IMG/VR virus record: IMGVR_UViG_3300025451_000012
Coordinates: 9,671-73,670 of that record
DNA from: a virus
DNA length: 64,000 nucleotides
Direction: 5' to 3' (one strand)
The position numbers and the translations under genes were made by a program. Positions 36,364-45,770 of the stretch are shown here, piece by piece; within the stretch, counting starts at the first letter, position 1; each line of letters begins with the position of its first letter. The notes beneath the pieces were generated by a model, which saw nothing but the letters and a program-made list of their open reading frames with translations, was not told the DNA's origin and did no database searches.

Positions 36364-37059
36364 ATGAATTTTGGTTTTGATATCATAAGTGACTTACACT
36401 TAACACCCGACAGTCTTTTTGAATGGGACGACAAAGCAACAAGTTTGTATTGCATCATACCTGGTAATATAAGTGAGGATCTGACCGTAGTTAGAACAGT
36501 GCTTAAAACATTGTGTGAACACTATCAGGGAATCTTCTACATAGACGGCGCGCTTGAGAACTCTGGGATAAAAACTAGGCAGTTCACCCATAAAGAAATT
36601 AAAAAAATATGCAAACCCATGAGCAAGGTCGTGTATCTACATGACAACGTGGTTGTTATTGAAGGTGTTGCATTGATTGGGATCAATGGTTGGTATGGAA
36701 ATTATGTTCCCGAAGATGCAGCAGCAGAAGTTGAATTGATTGTTGCGGGGTATGAAGACTTTTCATACTTAGATAGTACGATTGACAAGTTACAGCTTCA
36801 CTTGGATGTGAAGAAAATTGTCATTATTTCAAATAGTGTTCCGTTAACTAAACTATTTTACGGAGAGATTCCTAAAATGTACGGTGACACCTCTCCAGAA
36901 GAATCATTAGAGAATGATACGGCGAATAAAGTTTCACATTGGGTATTCGGCTCTACCCAAAAAATAATTGATACTACTTTTGATAGTATCAATTATATAA
37001 ATAACCCCTGTTATAATAGAAGTCCGTACTATGCTAAACGCATAGAAGTAGAGATTTAA
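36364..37059 (+). CDS. putative metallophosphoesterase-like protein
   Basis: N-terminal FGFDIISDLHLTPD resembles motif I of calcineurin-like phosphoesterases; other motifs degenerate. Confidence 0.4.
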   Translation: MNFGFDIISDLHLTPDSLFEWDDKATSLYCIIPGNISEDLTVVRTVLKTLCEHYQGIFYIDGALENSGIKTRQFTHKEIKKICKPMSKVVYLHDNVVVIEGVALIGINGWYGNYVPEDAAAEVELIVAGYEDFSYLDSTIDKLQLHLDVKKIVIISNSVPLTKLFYGEIPKMYGDTSPEESLENDTANKVSHWVFGSTQKIIDTTFDSINYINNPCYNRSPYYAKRIEVEI

Positions 37060-37367
37060 GACGCAGCTTCAATCTTAACTTGTAGCGGGTAGCCTTCTGT
37101 ACGTGCTTCCATAGTTACTTCAATGCCTTTTTGTTCGGCAATTTCATACGGCAACACTGCAACTACTGCACTACCGGATTCATGAATGCCAGTAGTGATA
37201 CCAACTGCGGTGTCACTTGTATAATGAAAATGATCCACTAAAGTACGAATAACAAACTCCATACTAGTCAATTCATCATTGATATAGATTACCTTGAACA
37301 GCGGTGGCTCAGGGATATCAATGATGGGTTTAATGCTAACGACTGAATCAATTTGTGTTTGTGCCAT
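37056..37367 (-). CDS. clpS: ATP-dependent Clp protease adaptor ClpS
   Basis: FKVIYINDELTSMEFVIRTLVDHF... matches ClpS core (VxLxNDDxTxMEFV). Confidence 0.8.
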   Translation of the reverse strand: MAQTQIDSVVSIKPIIDIPEPPLFKVIYINDELTSMEFVIRTLVDHFHYTSDTAVGITTGIHESGSAVVAVLPYEIAEQKGIEVTMEARTEGYPLQVKIEAAS

Positions 37368-37396
37368 TTTTTTCTTTCATTGTGTGTGCAGTGTCT

Positions 37397-37426
37397 ATTA
37401 TATTACGTATTGTATTTAATAGCAAT
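37397..37426 (-). promoter_or_regulatory. T4-middle-promoter-like element (MotA-box-like aTTGCTAtTA, ~14 nt, TATAAT) upstream of clpS
   Basis: rc of plus 37397..37426; speculative. Confidence 0.25.
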
Positions 37427-37852
37427 ACTCTTTGGCTTCATTTCTTCAGGAAGTTTTCGTTCTAGGTGAAGAGTTAAGATACCGTTAGCATTTTCTGCAT
37501 CTTTGACTTCTACGTGTTCAGCGAGAGTAAACTCACGCACAAAATTCCTATTACTAATACCATGGTGTAGATACTCTTTAGGTTCATCAAAGTTCATGTG
37601 CTTCGTTCCGGTGATGACTAACACCCTATTTTCAATTTGGATATCAATTTCCCCTTCAGTAAACCCAGCAACTGCTAGTTCAATATCAAAGTCATTTTCA
37701 GAACGTTTAACAATGTTATAGGGAGGGTAGTTTGTAGTTGTCTGCCCTGCATTCATTCGCATCAGTTCATCTAACACTGATTCAAACCCAATACCAAACT
37801 TATGAATTGATGGAATATCAATTGAACGTAGCGTTAGTGTTCCATTAGACAT
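37403..37852 (-). CDS. small heat-shock protein (Hsp20/alpha-crystallin, IbpA-like)
   Basis: [23 protein letters not shown]...[12 protein letters not shown] pattern of IbpA/IbpB. Confidence 0.85.
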   Translation of the reverse strand: MSNGTLTLRSIDIPSIHKFGIGFESVLDELMRMNAGQTTTNYPPYNIVKRSENDFDIELAVAGFTEGEIDIQIENRVLVITGTKHMNFDEPKEYLHHGISNRNFVREFTLAEHVEVKDAENANGILTLHLERKLPEEMKPKSIAIKYNT

Positions 37853-39746
37853 TCTTACTCTCCTTCACTTCTGCATCAACTACGTTATCATCAACCGGTG
37901 CTTCAGTAGCAGATGATTGCTCTGCTGCCTCTGCATCCTGTTTCACCTTAGTAATTGGTCCAATTGCTTCGTACAGTTTGGGAATAGCTTCTTGGATAAC
38001 AGATACGTCTTCACCCTTAACTGCTTCTTCCAATGCTTTGATAGCGTCTTCCGCTAGTGTTTTCTCTTCGGCAGTTACTTTGTCACCATACTTGTCAAAG
38101 TCTTCCTTGAATGTACGTAGTGTACCTTCTGCACTGTTACGTGCTTCAATTAACTCACGTGCCTTCTTATCAGATTCTGCATTAAGTTCAGCGTCTTTAA
38201 CCATTGCTTGAATTTCAGCTTCGGTCAATCCACTATTAGCTTTGATAGTGATCTTATTTTCTTTGCCAGTGTTCTTATCTTTAGCACTTACACTCAAGAT
38301 ACCGTTAGCATCGATGTCCAATGTAACTTCAATCTGAGGCATACCGCGTCTTGCTGGAACAATACCTTCAAGATTGAACTCACCCAATAGTTTATTGAAC
38401 TGTGCTAGCTCACGTTCACCTTGAAATGCTTTGATAGTAACTGCAGGTTGATTATCTTCCGCTGTACTGAATGTTTGACTAGCTTTAGTAGGAATAGTTG
38501 TGTTCTTTTGAATCAACTTACTCATTACACCGCCCATAGTCTCGATACCAAGACTTAGTGGAGTCACATCAAGCAACAATACGTCTTTACGTCCACCACC
38601 TAGCACATCACCTTGAATAGCTGCGCCTGCTGCTACTGCTTCGTCTGGGTTAACATCTTTACGAGGTGCCTTGCCGAAGAATTTCTCAACTGCTTCAACA
38701 ACTTTAGGCATACGTGTCATACCACCGACGAGGATAACCTCGTCAATGTCTGCGTTAGTAACGCCTGCATCTTTCATAGCAATCTTGCATGGCTCAATGC
38801 TACGTAGGATCAATTCTTCAACTAGACTTTCTAGTTTAGAACGATTGATTGTAATGTTCAAATGCTTTGGACCACTTGCATCCGCAGTAACGTAAGGCAA
38901 GTTAACACTAGTGCTTGCAGAACTAGACAATTCAATCTTAGCTTTTTCTGCCGCTTCTTTCAAACGTTGCAATGCAAGCATATCCTTTTTCAAGTCAATG
39001 CCCTGTTCTTGTTTGAATGTATCAACCAAGAAATCCATAATGCGTTGGTCAAAGTCTTCACCACCTAAGAATGTATCACCATTCGTAGACAATACTTCAA
39101 ACTGTTTATCACCATCAACGTCTGCAATTTCAATGATAGATACGTCAAACGTACCACCACCCAAGTCATAGACTGCAATCTTGCGGTCTTTCTTGTCTTG
39201 CTTGTCAACACCGTACGCAAGTGCTGCCGCAGTTGGTTCATTGATAATACGCAACACTTCTAATCCAGCAATACGACCTGCATCCTTAGTTGCTTGACGT
39301 TGACTATCATTAAAGTATGCTGGCACTGTGATAACTGCTTGAGTTACTTCGTGACCAAGATAATCTTCTGCGGTCTTCTTCATCTTACGCAAGACTTCGG
39401 CAGAGATTTGCGGGGGCGCTAGCTTATCTTCGTTGACTTGAACCCAAGCATCACCATTCTCATTCTTGATAATAGTGTATGGCATCAAGTCAATGTCTTT
39501 TTGTACAGCTTGTTCATCAAACTTACGTCCGATCAATCGCTTGCTAGCATAAATTGTGTTTTTGGGGTTTGTAACTGCTTGACGTTTAGCACTTGCACCT
39601 ACCAAGATTTCACCGTTAGCATATGCTACGATACTTGGCGTGGTTCTAGTACCTTCGCTGTTTTCAATTATTTTGGGGATTCCGTTTTCGATGACGGCTA
39701 CGCATGAATTTGTGGTACCTAAGTCGATACCGATGACTTTGCTCAT
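37845..39746 (-). CDS. dnaK: molecular chaperone DnaK (Hsp70)
   Basis: 633 aa; [22 protein letters not shown], full-length Hsp70 collinearity. Confidence 0.95.
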   Translation of the reverse strand: MSKVIGIDLGTTNSCVAVIENGIPKIIENSEGTRTTPSIVAYANGEILVGASAKRQAVTNPKNTIYASKRLIGRKFDEQAVQKDIDLMPYTIIKNENGDAWVQVNEDKLAPPQISAEVLRKMKKTAEDYLGHEVTQAVITVPAYFNDSQRQATKDAGRIAGLEVLRIINEPTAAALAYGVDKQDKKDRKIAVYDLGGGTFDVSIIEIADVDGDKQFEVLSTNGDTFLGGEDFDQRIMDFLVDTFKQEQGIDLKKDMLALQRLKEAAEKAKIELSSSASTSVNLPYVTADASGPKHLNITINRSKLESLVEELILRSIEPCKIAMKDAGVTNADIDEVILVGGMTRMPKVVEAVEKFFGKAPRKDVNPDEAVAAGAAIQGDVLGGGRKDVLLLDVTPLSLGIETMGGVMSKLIQKNTTIPTKASQTFSTAEDNQPAVTIKAFQGERELAQFNKLLGEFNLEGIVPARRGMPQIEVTLDIDANGILSVSAKDKNTGKENKITIKANSGLTEAEIQAMVKDAELNAESDKKARELIEARNSAEGTLRTFKEDFDKYGDKVTAEEKTLAEDAIKALEEAVKGEDVSVIQEAIPKLYEAIGPITKVKQDAEAAEQSSATEAPVDDNVVDAEVKESKNV

Positions 39747-39805
39747 TTTTTTCTCCTTTAGAAAGCAAGATTTTTGTGATAGACCCCGAAGGCATCTACT
39801 ATAAT

Positions 39806-39833
39806 ATATATTGCACCCTCTTGTGCAATATAT
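39806..39833. repeat. 11-bp perfect inverted repeat ATATATTGCAC-cctctt-GTGCAATATAT in dnaK 5' leader / clpX 3' flank
   Basis: sequence. Confidence 0.6.
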
Positions 39834-39840
39834 GCGACTA

Positions 39841-41049
39841 TTAAATGATAGGAGCCGGGTTTATTACCCGTTCTTTATCAATTAACAGAATTGTTATGTT
39901 GTTTTTCTTATACAACCTAGTGTGAAACATGTGGCACATAAGCACACGTTCAATTTCTGTATGTAAGCCTCTAGCACCAGTCTTCAATAGCAGTGTGTTT
40001 TCTGCCATCTGTTCTAAAGCATCAGTAGTAAATGATAGCTGGATGTTGTCCAAACTTAACAAATACTTATACTGACTAATGTAGTTGTTCTTAACATCAG
40101 TGAGAATATGTACCAATTGCTCTTTATTCAATTCACCAATGCTTACTGTTGTAGTGAAACGTCCGATAAACTCAGGAATCATTCCATATCTAGTTAAATC
40201 ATCAGGACTAACCTTTGTTAGTTCACCTTCAACTTTGCTATCACTGATAGAAGCATGAAACCCAATGCTAGTGCCATTCATACGAGTGGCAATAACATCT
40301 TTCAATCCAACAAAGGCTCCACCTGCGATAAAGAGAATGTCTTTGGTGTTAATTTCTGACATTTCACCACCCGGATGCTTACGTCCACCTTGTGCAGGGA
40401 TACGACAAGTCGTACCTTCTACTAATTTGAGTAGTGCTTGCTGTACACCTTCGCCCGATACGTCACGTGTGATACTAGCACTTTCACCTTTGCGGGCGAT
40501 CTTGTCAATTTCATCAATAAAGATGATACCACGCTCTGCAAGTTTAACATCGCCATCGGCTGCATTGATAAGCATATTAATCATGCTCTCAACGTCATCA
40601 CCTACATAACCTGCTTCGGTCAAACTAGTCGCATCTGCTACGACAAAGGGCACTTTGAGATATTTCGCTGCTGTCTTAGCTAATAGAGTTTTACCACTAC
40701 CAGTAGGACCTACAATGAGAACATTACCCTTTTGAATTTCAATATCTTTTGGTGGATTGTTGATTCGTTTATAATGATTAGCAATAGCTACGCTAAGAAC
40801 CATCTTGGCTTCGTCTTGTCCAATAACATGTTTATCCAAATACTCTTTAATAGCTTCTGGATCATGTACTGGCTCAGGAGGTTCTGCTACACTAACCGAA
40901 GATTCATCTTCAATTAATGTTTGGCATAGATCAACACAGTCATTGCAAATAGCAATGCCCTCACCGACGATTAGTTTCTTTACAGCGTCTTTACTGTTGC
41001 CACAAAAGTTGCAATGGTCTATTAAATTATGGTCTTCGTTCATATTCAT
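39841..41049 (-). CDS. clpX: ATP-dependent Clp protease ATP-binding subunit ClpX
   Basis: N-terminal C4 zinc finger CNFCGN...CNDCVDLC; Walker [14 protein letters not shown]; ClpX collinearity. Confidence 0.9.
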   Translation of the reverse strand: MNMNEDHNLIDHCNFCGNSKDAVKKLIVGEGIAICNDCVDLCQTLIEDESSVSVAEPPEPVHDPEAIKEYLDKHVIGQDEAKMVLSVAIANHYKRINNPPKDIEIQKGNVLIVGPTGSGKTLLAKTAAKYLKVPFVVADATSLTEAGYVGDDVESMINMLINAADGDVKLAERGIIFIDEIDKIARKGESASITRDVSGEGVQQALLKLVEGTTCRIPAQGGRKHPGGEMSEINTKDILFIAGGAFVGLKDVIATRMNGTSIGFHASISDSKVEGELTKVSPDDLTRYGMIPEFIGRFTTTVSIGELNKEQLVHILTDVKNNYISQYKYLLSLDNIQLSFTTDALEQMAENTLLLKTGARGLHTEIERVLMCHMFHTRLYKKNNITILLIDKERVINPAPII

Positions 41050-41056
41050 ATACTTA

Positions 41057-42013
41057 TCATTCCCTAAACGGTTTTGTACTATTTGAACAAGTAGTTACTG
41101 CTGATAATTCTACTCGTGCCGCATTTGACAATGCTGTGGTCATTTCGGCGTCAATTTCAATTTGAATGACTGATTTTATAACTTCTCTGGAATCCACTAC
41201 ATAAGTAGAGGACGAATACGAACCAGAAAACACAGGTGGAATCATGAAACAGCGAGTAGCGATTGCCTGATCACTTCTATTAATCATAACTGCTTGAAGT
41301 TGCAACCCACCATTCATTTGTTGTTTAATCAGTGCATACTTACCATAGTCATTGAACTTATAGGAGCTGTGCCCTACAACTATACTACTAGGTGCATTGT
41401 ACGATCCATCCGAAAGCAATTTCAACGACTCATGCAATGATACTAAAAATGGTTTGCTCCAACGCATCTCAAATGGGATTACCAATACTGCGTTTCGTTG
41501 GGTGTTCAGTTTAAATTCATGAGCACCTTGTGTAATGTTAAATGCTCGGGCAGGATAGTCATTCAACACAGCACTTAGAAAATTATCACCACTTTTTCTT
41601 TCGGTGAGATAACTGAGATACTGATTTGAAAGTCTAGCCCCATCTAATTCTTTTTCATCCTTACCCTTATTAAGGATTCGTTCATGAATTTTACTAGACT
41701 TAACTACCACTTGCATAATAACTACGACACTATCTGGTTTAATAATAGTATCAATGATAGTAAAGGTATCAATGTAACCAGCGCTGTAGTCAACTATATC
41801 TTCTTTAACCAGTTTATTATTGGTAAGCTGATTTTCACTCAATAGTGCTGACCCCACTTTCATAGAGATAGCATTTTTGAAACCATTACGTTTTGCTTCA
41901 TCAACGGTTTTACCAATACCCATTACTTGGATATAGCCAGGATCGTTTTTGTCAACAGGTTGACTATGTGCTACTCCTACAAAAAGAAGTAGCACAATAA
42001 GCCAGCGTATCAT
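41057..42013 (-). CDS. secreted protein, LPP20/LpoB-like fold (signal peptide)
   Basis: N-terminal hydrophobic leader; GIGKTVDEAKRNGFKNAI segment. Confidence 0.45.
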   Translation of the reverse strand: MIRWLIVLLLFVGVAHSQPVDKNDPGYIQVMGIGKTVDEAKRNGFKNAISMKVGSALLSENQLTNNKLVKEDIVDYSAGYIDTFTIIDTIIKPDSVVVIMQVVVKSSKIHERILNKGKDEKELDGARLSNQYLSYLTERKSGDNFLSAVLNDYPARAFNITQGAHEFKLNTQRNAVLVIPFEMRWSKPFLVSLHESLKLLSDGSYNAPSSIVVGHSSYKFNDYGKYALIKQQMNGGLQLQAVMINRSDQAIATRCFMIPPVFSGSYSSSTYVVDSREVIKSVIQIEIDAEMTTALSNAARVELSAVTTCSNSTKPFRE

Positions 42014-42666
42014 TTAAATTTCTTGCTGAAATAGTTAGAAGCCGATTCGCTATCCTTGTCCCAACGAATAGTCACTGCGACTGTTTGACGGTCAACGATA
42101 GATTCATCCTGAACTTGGATACCTTTAAGGATACCAGCAGCCTGTGTGCGAATGCTTTCAGTTACAGTACGAACGGTGTCATTTGAGTTTTCACGAATTG
42201 CAAAGTTTGTGTCTTTTGCCGCATCCTCATCAGACATTGCAACTTCTTCGTCAGACTTGATTCGGTTCTTGATCCTGTCATTTGCTTTTTCAACGTTCTT
42301 GGTCATAACGTTTTGGACACTTGAGCTGTACACGTCTTCACTAATGAAATGACGCAGTTTAGCCTTAGCTTTCATTTCAGCGACTTTGAACGCAGCTTCG
42401 CGGTTGTTTTCACTGTTGCCATTGCTAGTCGCATACGCAGTAACTTCAATCGCTTTGATATCACCTTTGATGCAGGTAGATTCCAACATGCCTGTACCCC
42501 AAGCACAGTCCCACTCAATTTTAACACCCTTGCGTTTAAAATTCGTAGACAACTTTTGGGCATTGATAGCAGTGATTTGACCACCTTCAATACTAGGTGC
42601 CTGTTTAGTGGTTGAACATGCAGTAAGAGCAAGTAATAGTGCCAGTGTGGAAAGTTTTGTAAACAC
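42010..42666 (-). CDS. lipoprotein (LPP20-like); apparent GTG start
   Basis: lipobox LTAC; start codon is GTG with GAAGGA SD 7 nt upstream. Confidence 0.55.
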   Translation of the reverse strand: MFTKLSTLALLLALTACSTTKQAPSIEGGQITAINAQKLSTNFKRKGVKIEWDCAWGTGMLESTCIKGDIKAIEVTAYATSNGNSENNREAAFKVAEMKAKAKLRHFISEDVYSSSVQNVMTKNVEKANDRIKNRIKSDEEVAMSDEDAAKDTNFAIRENSNDTVRTVTESIRTQAAGILKGIQVQDESIVDRQTVAVTIRWDKDSESASNYFSKKFK

Positions 42667-42693
42667 GAGAATCCTTCAAGGAAGTTATAAGAT

Positions 42694-42729
42694 GTAGACA
42701 GTATAACTCAACATGGATATACTGTCTAC
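42694..42729. repeat. 12-bp perfect inverted repeat GTAGACAGTATA-N12-TATACTGTCTAC overlapping a weak promoter-like TTGAGT-16-TATAAC for the lipoprotein operon
   Basis: sequence. Confidence 0.6.
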
Positions 42730-42737
42730 TATTTCGG

Positions 42738-44270
42738 TCAATTGACTTTGATGTGATTAGTAATTGCTTCCTGCTCATAGTCAGTTAGCAACTCAGGATC
42801 ATATTCACCTGTACTAATCTTTTCCATTAAATGATGCAAATAAGCAACGTTGCCCAAATATGCGCCAGTAGCTTGTTTGTTTATTTCAATCCACTTGCTA
42901 CCATTGTTCTTGTATACAACGTGCGGCATAGTGTCAATTTTGATAAAAGTGTCACCCATCTTGGCTGCACTAGGCAATGAACTACCAAACCCAATTTCAA
43001 TTTCTCTTGGATTGTCTTCTTTTAAGTTGAACAAGTCTGGACGCAGTGACTGCAACACCCGCTTGCTCATTTTCTTACCTTCAAACTCAACATAGCCGTC
43101 ACCAACATCTTTGAATGATGAACTAGTCTTAGGTTCAAATACTGGACCAGTCTGAATCCATTCTTTAGTTACAGGATCTTTGATTCCTTCAAATGAAGCG
43201 AACTGTGGGATAGCAACTATTTCGGTATCCACAGTGTCCGCCATTTGTTCTTCGATAGATAATTCTGGTACCAAAAGTTCGACTGTAGTTGATTCTATTT
43301 TACTGAACGCTTCGTCTTCCTCAACGGTTGGTTCAATGACTAATATTTCTGCTATCGGTTCTTCTTCAACGGGTTTTTTTACTTCTTCTATAATAGGTTC
43401 TTCAACTATTTCAGGAAAATCTGTTTTGTATCCATCTTCAAAAACCTCATCGTCATCATCCCGGTATTCATTTACTGGAACTTCAATCTTAGGTTCTTCT
43501 TCGAGGTCCCATTCTTTACTTGCATTAGCTGCCAGTACTAGTGCAATAGCAAGTGGATCGAACACGACAACAAGCAAGATGATAACCCATCGTACTGCGG
43601 CTTCTAGCATGTTTGCATCAGCATTGTCACCGTAAATCAATGCAGCAATATACTTGATCGGACCTACTTCTGCTTCAATTTTTCGTAACTCACTTGCAAG
43701 AGGTGCTCGTTGCTCATTCAGTGATTGAATCTCTTTATTAGATGCTTCAATACTTTTTAGAATCTTTGCACGTTCAGGTGCTTGTTGCTTACGAATGGCG
43801 ACGCTTCGTTCTACGCTTCGTTCACTGTCGCCTTTGCTCATGATATCATTAACCTGAGTATCCATCTGAGCCAACATAGCACGGTCACTCTTGATATTCT
43901 CACGTTGGATACTGATCTTCTCGTCAAACAATGCTACCTTAGAGCCTGCATCACCTGATGTAATGCCTTGCTCCATGTGTGCTTTACTCAAGAATCCAAA
44001 GATGCCCATTGAGGTAAGTAGTGCAAGTGCAATGACTGCGGGCACTAGATAAAGTTTCAACATCCAGCCTGCACGTTTCCAATACTTACGCAGCCATACT
44101 GTCGTGGTGATCTTTCCTACTTCAAGAATAGACCCCATGATGATAACAGGAACGACCGCACCTGCAAAGATAGCGGTTAGTCCAATGATACTGTAATATG
44201 CTGCTACTGAACTAAGTGAGAGTGCCACTAATAGTGTAAGCTGGCTGAATGTGAATATTTTCTTTAACAT
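42738..44270 (-). CDS. membrane protein with N-terminal TM helices, long coiled-coil, acidic Glu/Pro/Ile-rich linker and C-terminal globular domain (start refined to MLKKIF)
   Basis: ORF track 42738..44330. Confidence 0.55.
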   Translation of the reverse strand: MLKKIFTFSQLTLLVALSLSSVAAYYSIIGLTAIFAGAVVPVIIMGSILEVGKITTTVWLRKYWKRAGWMLKLYLVPAVIALALLTSMGIFGFLSKAHMEQGITSGDAGSKVALFDEKISIQRENIKSDRAMLAQMDTQVNDIMSKGDSERSVERSVAIRKQQAPERAKILKSIEASNKEIQSLNEQRAPLASELRKIEAEVGPIKYIAALIYGDNADANMLEAAVRWVIILLVVVFDPLAIALVLAANASKEWDLEEEPKIEVPVNEYRDDDDEVFEDGYKTDFPEIVEEPIIEEVKKPVEEEPIAEILVIEPTVEEDEAFSKIESTTVELLVPELSIEEQMADTVDTEIVAIPQFASFEGIKDPVTKEWIQTGPVFEPKTSSSFKDVGDGYVEFEGKKMSKRVLQSLRPDLFNLKEDNPREIEIGFGSSLPSAAKMGDTFIKIDTMPHVVYKNNGSKWIEINKQATGAYLGNVAYLHHLMEKISTGEYDPELLTDYEQEAITNHIKVN

Positions 44271-44277
44271 AGTATAT

Positions 44278-44481
44278 TTATTCTTCTGGTTCACCGAACA
44301 AGTGTTTGTAGTGATCCATAAATTCTCCATACTTCATAACTAGTTTTCTGGGCAAGCTAGAACCCATACTAATGTAGTAGTGAACCCAAGGACCATCTTC
44401 ACGCTGTTTAATTTGCGCTACTTCAATCCTTGCACCGTCCGGAAAAACATGTGACATTCCTGTTAAGTCTTTCATTACCAT
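44278..44481 (-). CDS. hypothetical protein
   Basis: ORF track. Confidence 0.45.
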   Translation of the reverse strand: MVMKDLTGMSHVFPDGARIEVAQIKQREDGPWVHYYISMGSSLPRKLVMKYGEFMDHYKHLFGEPEE

Positions 44482-44783
44482 AACCTCAATGTTTTCATAA
44501 TTTCTGGCCAGTCTTCTTTCTTACGTGGAGCAAACACAATGCCCACTTCGTCATTGTCAAGTCTGCTTTCGGTGATAACTTTGCAGTGTTCAACCTTCTT
44601 CAACTCGGCAAATTCTTCGTCGCTTACCTGACAGGTAACTTTCTTAAAACTGTCTTTAAGCCAATCTTGTGTTTCGGGCAAGTGTTGAAATTCTAACCAA
44701 CCAATCAAGCCGGCGTGTGCAGCAACATTAAGAGCGTGACCAGTTGGCACCCACTCTTTGATTGCGATATACATTTTCATCAT
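44475..44783 (-). CDS. hypothetical protein (weak resemblance to PTH2-type peptidyl-tRNA hydrolase)
   Basis: ORF track; weak motif resemblance only. Confidence 0.4.
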   Translation of the reverse strand: MMKMYIAIKEWVPTGHALNVAAHAGLIGWLEFQHLPETQDWLKDSFKKVTCQVSDEEFAELKKVEHCKVITESRLDNDEVGIVFAPRKKEDWPEIMKTLRLW

Positions 44784-45007
44784 TCAACTCCGAAATGTTT
44801 CTTCAATCGTTCTTGATAGATAACCTCGTCACCAAATTCTCTATCACTATCGTATGGGACCAATCTCAATGTCTCAATACATTCCCGAACAATCAACTCG
44901 GCGAACTTTTCCATACCTGCTGCACTAACCCATCGTCCACTCACATCAGTATATGCATTTGCTGTGTCGGCTAGTTCTTTAAATTTATTATTCATCCTGA
45001 GCTTCAT
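44780..45007 (-). CDS. small-protein paralog family member C
   Basis: EKFAELIVRECIETL ... KKHFGVE; shared 22-nt DNA core with members A and B. Confidence 0.5.
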   Translation of the reverse strand: MKLRMNNKFKELADTANAYTDVSGRWVSAAGMEKFAELIVRECIETLRLVPYDSDREFGDEVIYQERLKKHFGVE

Positions 45008-45266
45008 ATGTTACTTCGTATCCACCTTTACGGTCAGTCCACCAATCATCTTCATCCATCCAGTCCCAATCAAGATAGACTTTTGCATCATTACTATCTT
45101 CAATAAGTTGCTGATAATCGTAGTCACCATCTGTGATTTCTTCCATCACGTTAGCGATTTCTTCATCATCCATATCAGGATAAATTTCTCGCACAGTGTC
45201 TTCATTGACTTCCATGCTATATCGTTTTTCAACTTGATGCCATTCGCTTTTTACAATTTGTACCAT
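44988..45266 (-). CDS. hypothetical highly acidic Trp/Asp-rich protein
   Basis: ORF track. Confidence 0.5.
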   Translation of the reverse strand: MVQIVKSEWHQVEKRYSMEVNEDTVREIYPDMDDEEIANVMEEITDGDYDYQQLIEDSNDAKVYLDWDWMDEDDWWTDRKGGYEVTYEAQDE

Positions 45267-45274
45267 ATCATTCC

Positions 45275-45532
45275 TTAAAGTTCTATTAGCTTCTTAATGT
45301 CTTTTGGTTTTACAATTATAACATTGTGAATCACATCTTGATACTTAATTGGGAGATCCAAGTGAATAGTTACTCTTGGACCTTCGACTTCGTTAACAAC
45401 AGAATCGTTGCCGACCGATCCGATAAAGGGGATTTTATTCCACTTACCGGACACCCGGTCACCGATCTGCCATTTACCGATATATCTGTTTGCTGCAAAG
45501 TATTCTGCAAGACTAGCCATTACAATCTCCAA
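45275..45532 (-). CDS. hypothetical protein
   Basis: ORF track. Confidence 0.5.
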   Translation of the reverse strand: MEIVMASLAEYFAANRYIGKWQIGDRVSGKWNKIPFIGSVGNDSVVNEVEGPRVTIHLDLPIKYQDVIHNVIIVKPKDIKKLIEL

Positions 45533-45714
45533 AAAGTTTTAACGCCGACCCAATGAGCTAGAGGAGGGATCCATAAAGGTAAACCTAGTACAAGACAATA
45601 TGCAAACTGTATGTACTCAATAGGACTAAATTTATAGAACCAAATATTAATGATGCCAGCGATAGAATAAACTATACTGACATATACCAACCACCATCCT
45701 GGACTAATTTTCAT
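45520..45714 (-). CDS. hypothetical small membrane protein
   Basis: ORF track; two TM segments. Confidence 0.45.
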   Translation of the reverse strand: MKISPGWWLVYVSIVYSIAGIINIWFYKFSPIEYIQFAYCLVLGLPLWIPPLAHWVGVKTFWRL

Positions 45715-45770
45715 TTTATTTCCTTATCGAAACGGACTTATTGACATTGCCGTTACGCACACTGCAGGGG

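Noticed and set aside
39747-39840. Possible sigma32 heat-shock promoter upstream of dnaK
   Set aside because: The sequence contains CTTGCTT, but it lies only ~20 nt from the ATG and there is no CCCCATNT -10 element, so the spacing is incompatible.
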